A DNA stretch of 62,261 bases, filler included, from Nemertoderma westbladi (Eukaryota > Animalia > Xenacoelomorpha), in assembly GCA_032718475.1 (NCBI GenBank). It is 3 parts of 3 records of this genome, joined end to end, with 100 filler letters (N's around TTAATTAATTAA, not from the genome) between each part and the next. Parts side by side here need not be neighbours in the genome. Positions count along the whole stretch, not along the records: positions 44,578 to 62,261 come from JAUCBJ010004600.1; 2 more parts are not named here. One strand, given 5' to 3'. Below are positions 61,766 to 62,261 of the stretch, piece after piece; within the stretch, counting starts at the first letter, position 1, and each line of letters begins with the position of its first letter. A model generated the notes under the pieces. The model searched no databases, was not told the origin of the DNA, and was given only the letters and a program-made list of their open reading frames with translations. A program made the translations under genes and the position numbers.

Positions 61766-62261
61766 ACTGGTTAGTGTAGTCGTAGTTCTTCCAGGTGTCT
61801 CAGTTTGCAGATGAGTGGTGGTGTGGTGGACAACTTGCACAAAACTTATCAATAAACATTAATGAAAGTAATTTAATAATGATTATTATAAACTATATCA
61901 CAGATTTGTGTTGATTCTGGAAACTACTAACCTTTTTGTTCTAGTTTGTTGAGCTGTTATATTGGTTGCGTTATACAGTAGTATGGTTGTTGTTAATTAA
62001 ATAATTAATTAAATTAATAATTAGAATGCAAAACTGAATTGGCAATAAGTAATAAACTCTGTATTAAGGGGCGTTTCACTCTATATTATAATAATATGTA
62101 ATAATTGTTGGCTATATTGGAATGTTTACTTTGCCTACCTAGCTACAGTATACACAATGTATTCATATCACGTTTGGTATCTGTGAAACGATGGGAGATG
62201 CCAAAAAATTGATTGTTTATATAATCCAGCTACGGCGATCCAATGTATTAGAGATGTCATA

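Overview
This is eukaryotic (metazoan-type, AT-rich, repeat-dense) DNA, not prokaryotic. It is three contigs joined by 100-bp N gaps carrying an artificial TTAATTAATTAA linker (22570-22669, 44478-44577). Host genes: an intronless retinoblastoma-family gene (142-2766), an intronless METTL27/WBSCR27-like methyltransferase, a WD40 gene, and a head-to-head pair of orphan spliced genes that resemble secreted propeptide precursors (9.5-14.4 kb). Most of the rest is satellite/minisatellite arrays (18, 15, ~30, 21, 42 and ~20 bp units), decayed retroelements (CR1/L2-like, RTE, BEL/Pao) and DNA-transposon remnants or MITEs (hAT, THAP, pogo, Mutator-like, Harbinger-like). The most striking signal is two sequence-unrelated small retroelement families with the same design. 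In each, a minimal type I hammerhead ribozyme with a palindromic stem III sits between tRNA-like Pol III A- and B-boxes, where an anticodon arm would be. One family (39290-39422) has a 13-bp TSD and a visible empty site. The other (51107-51649) forms a ~1.5-mer with two hammerheads 367 nt apart, like a retrozyme. All calls were made by eye; no searches were run.
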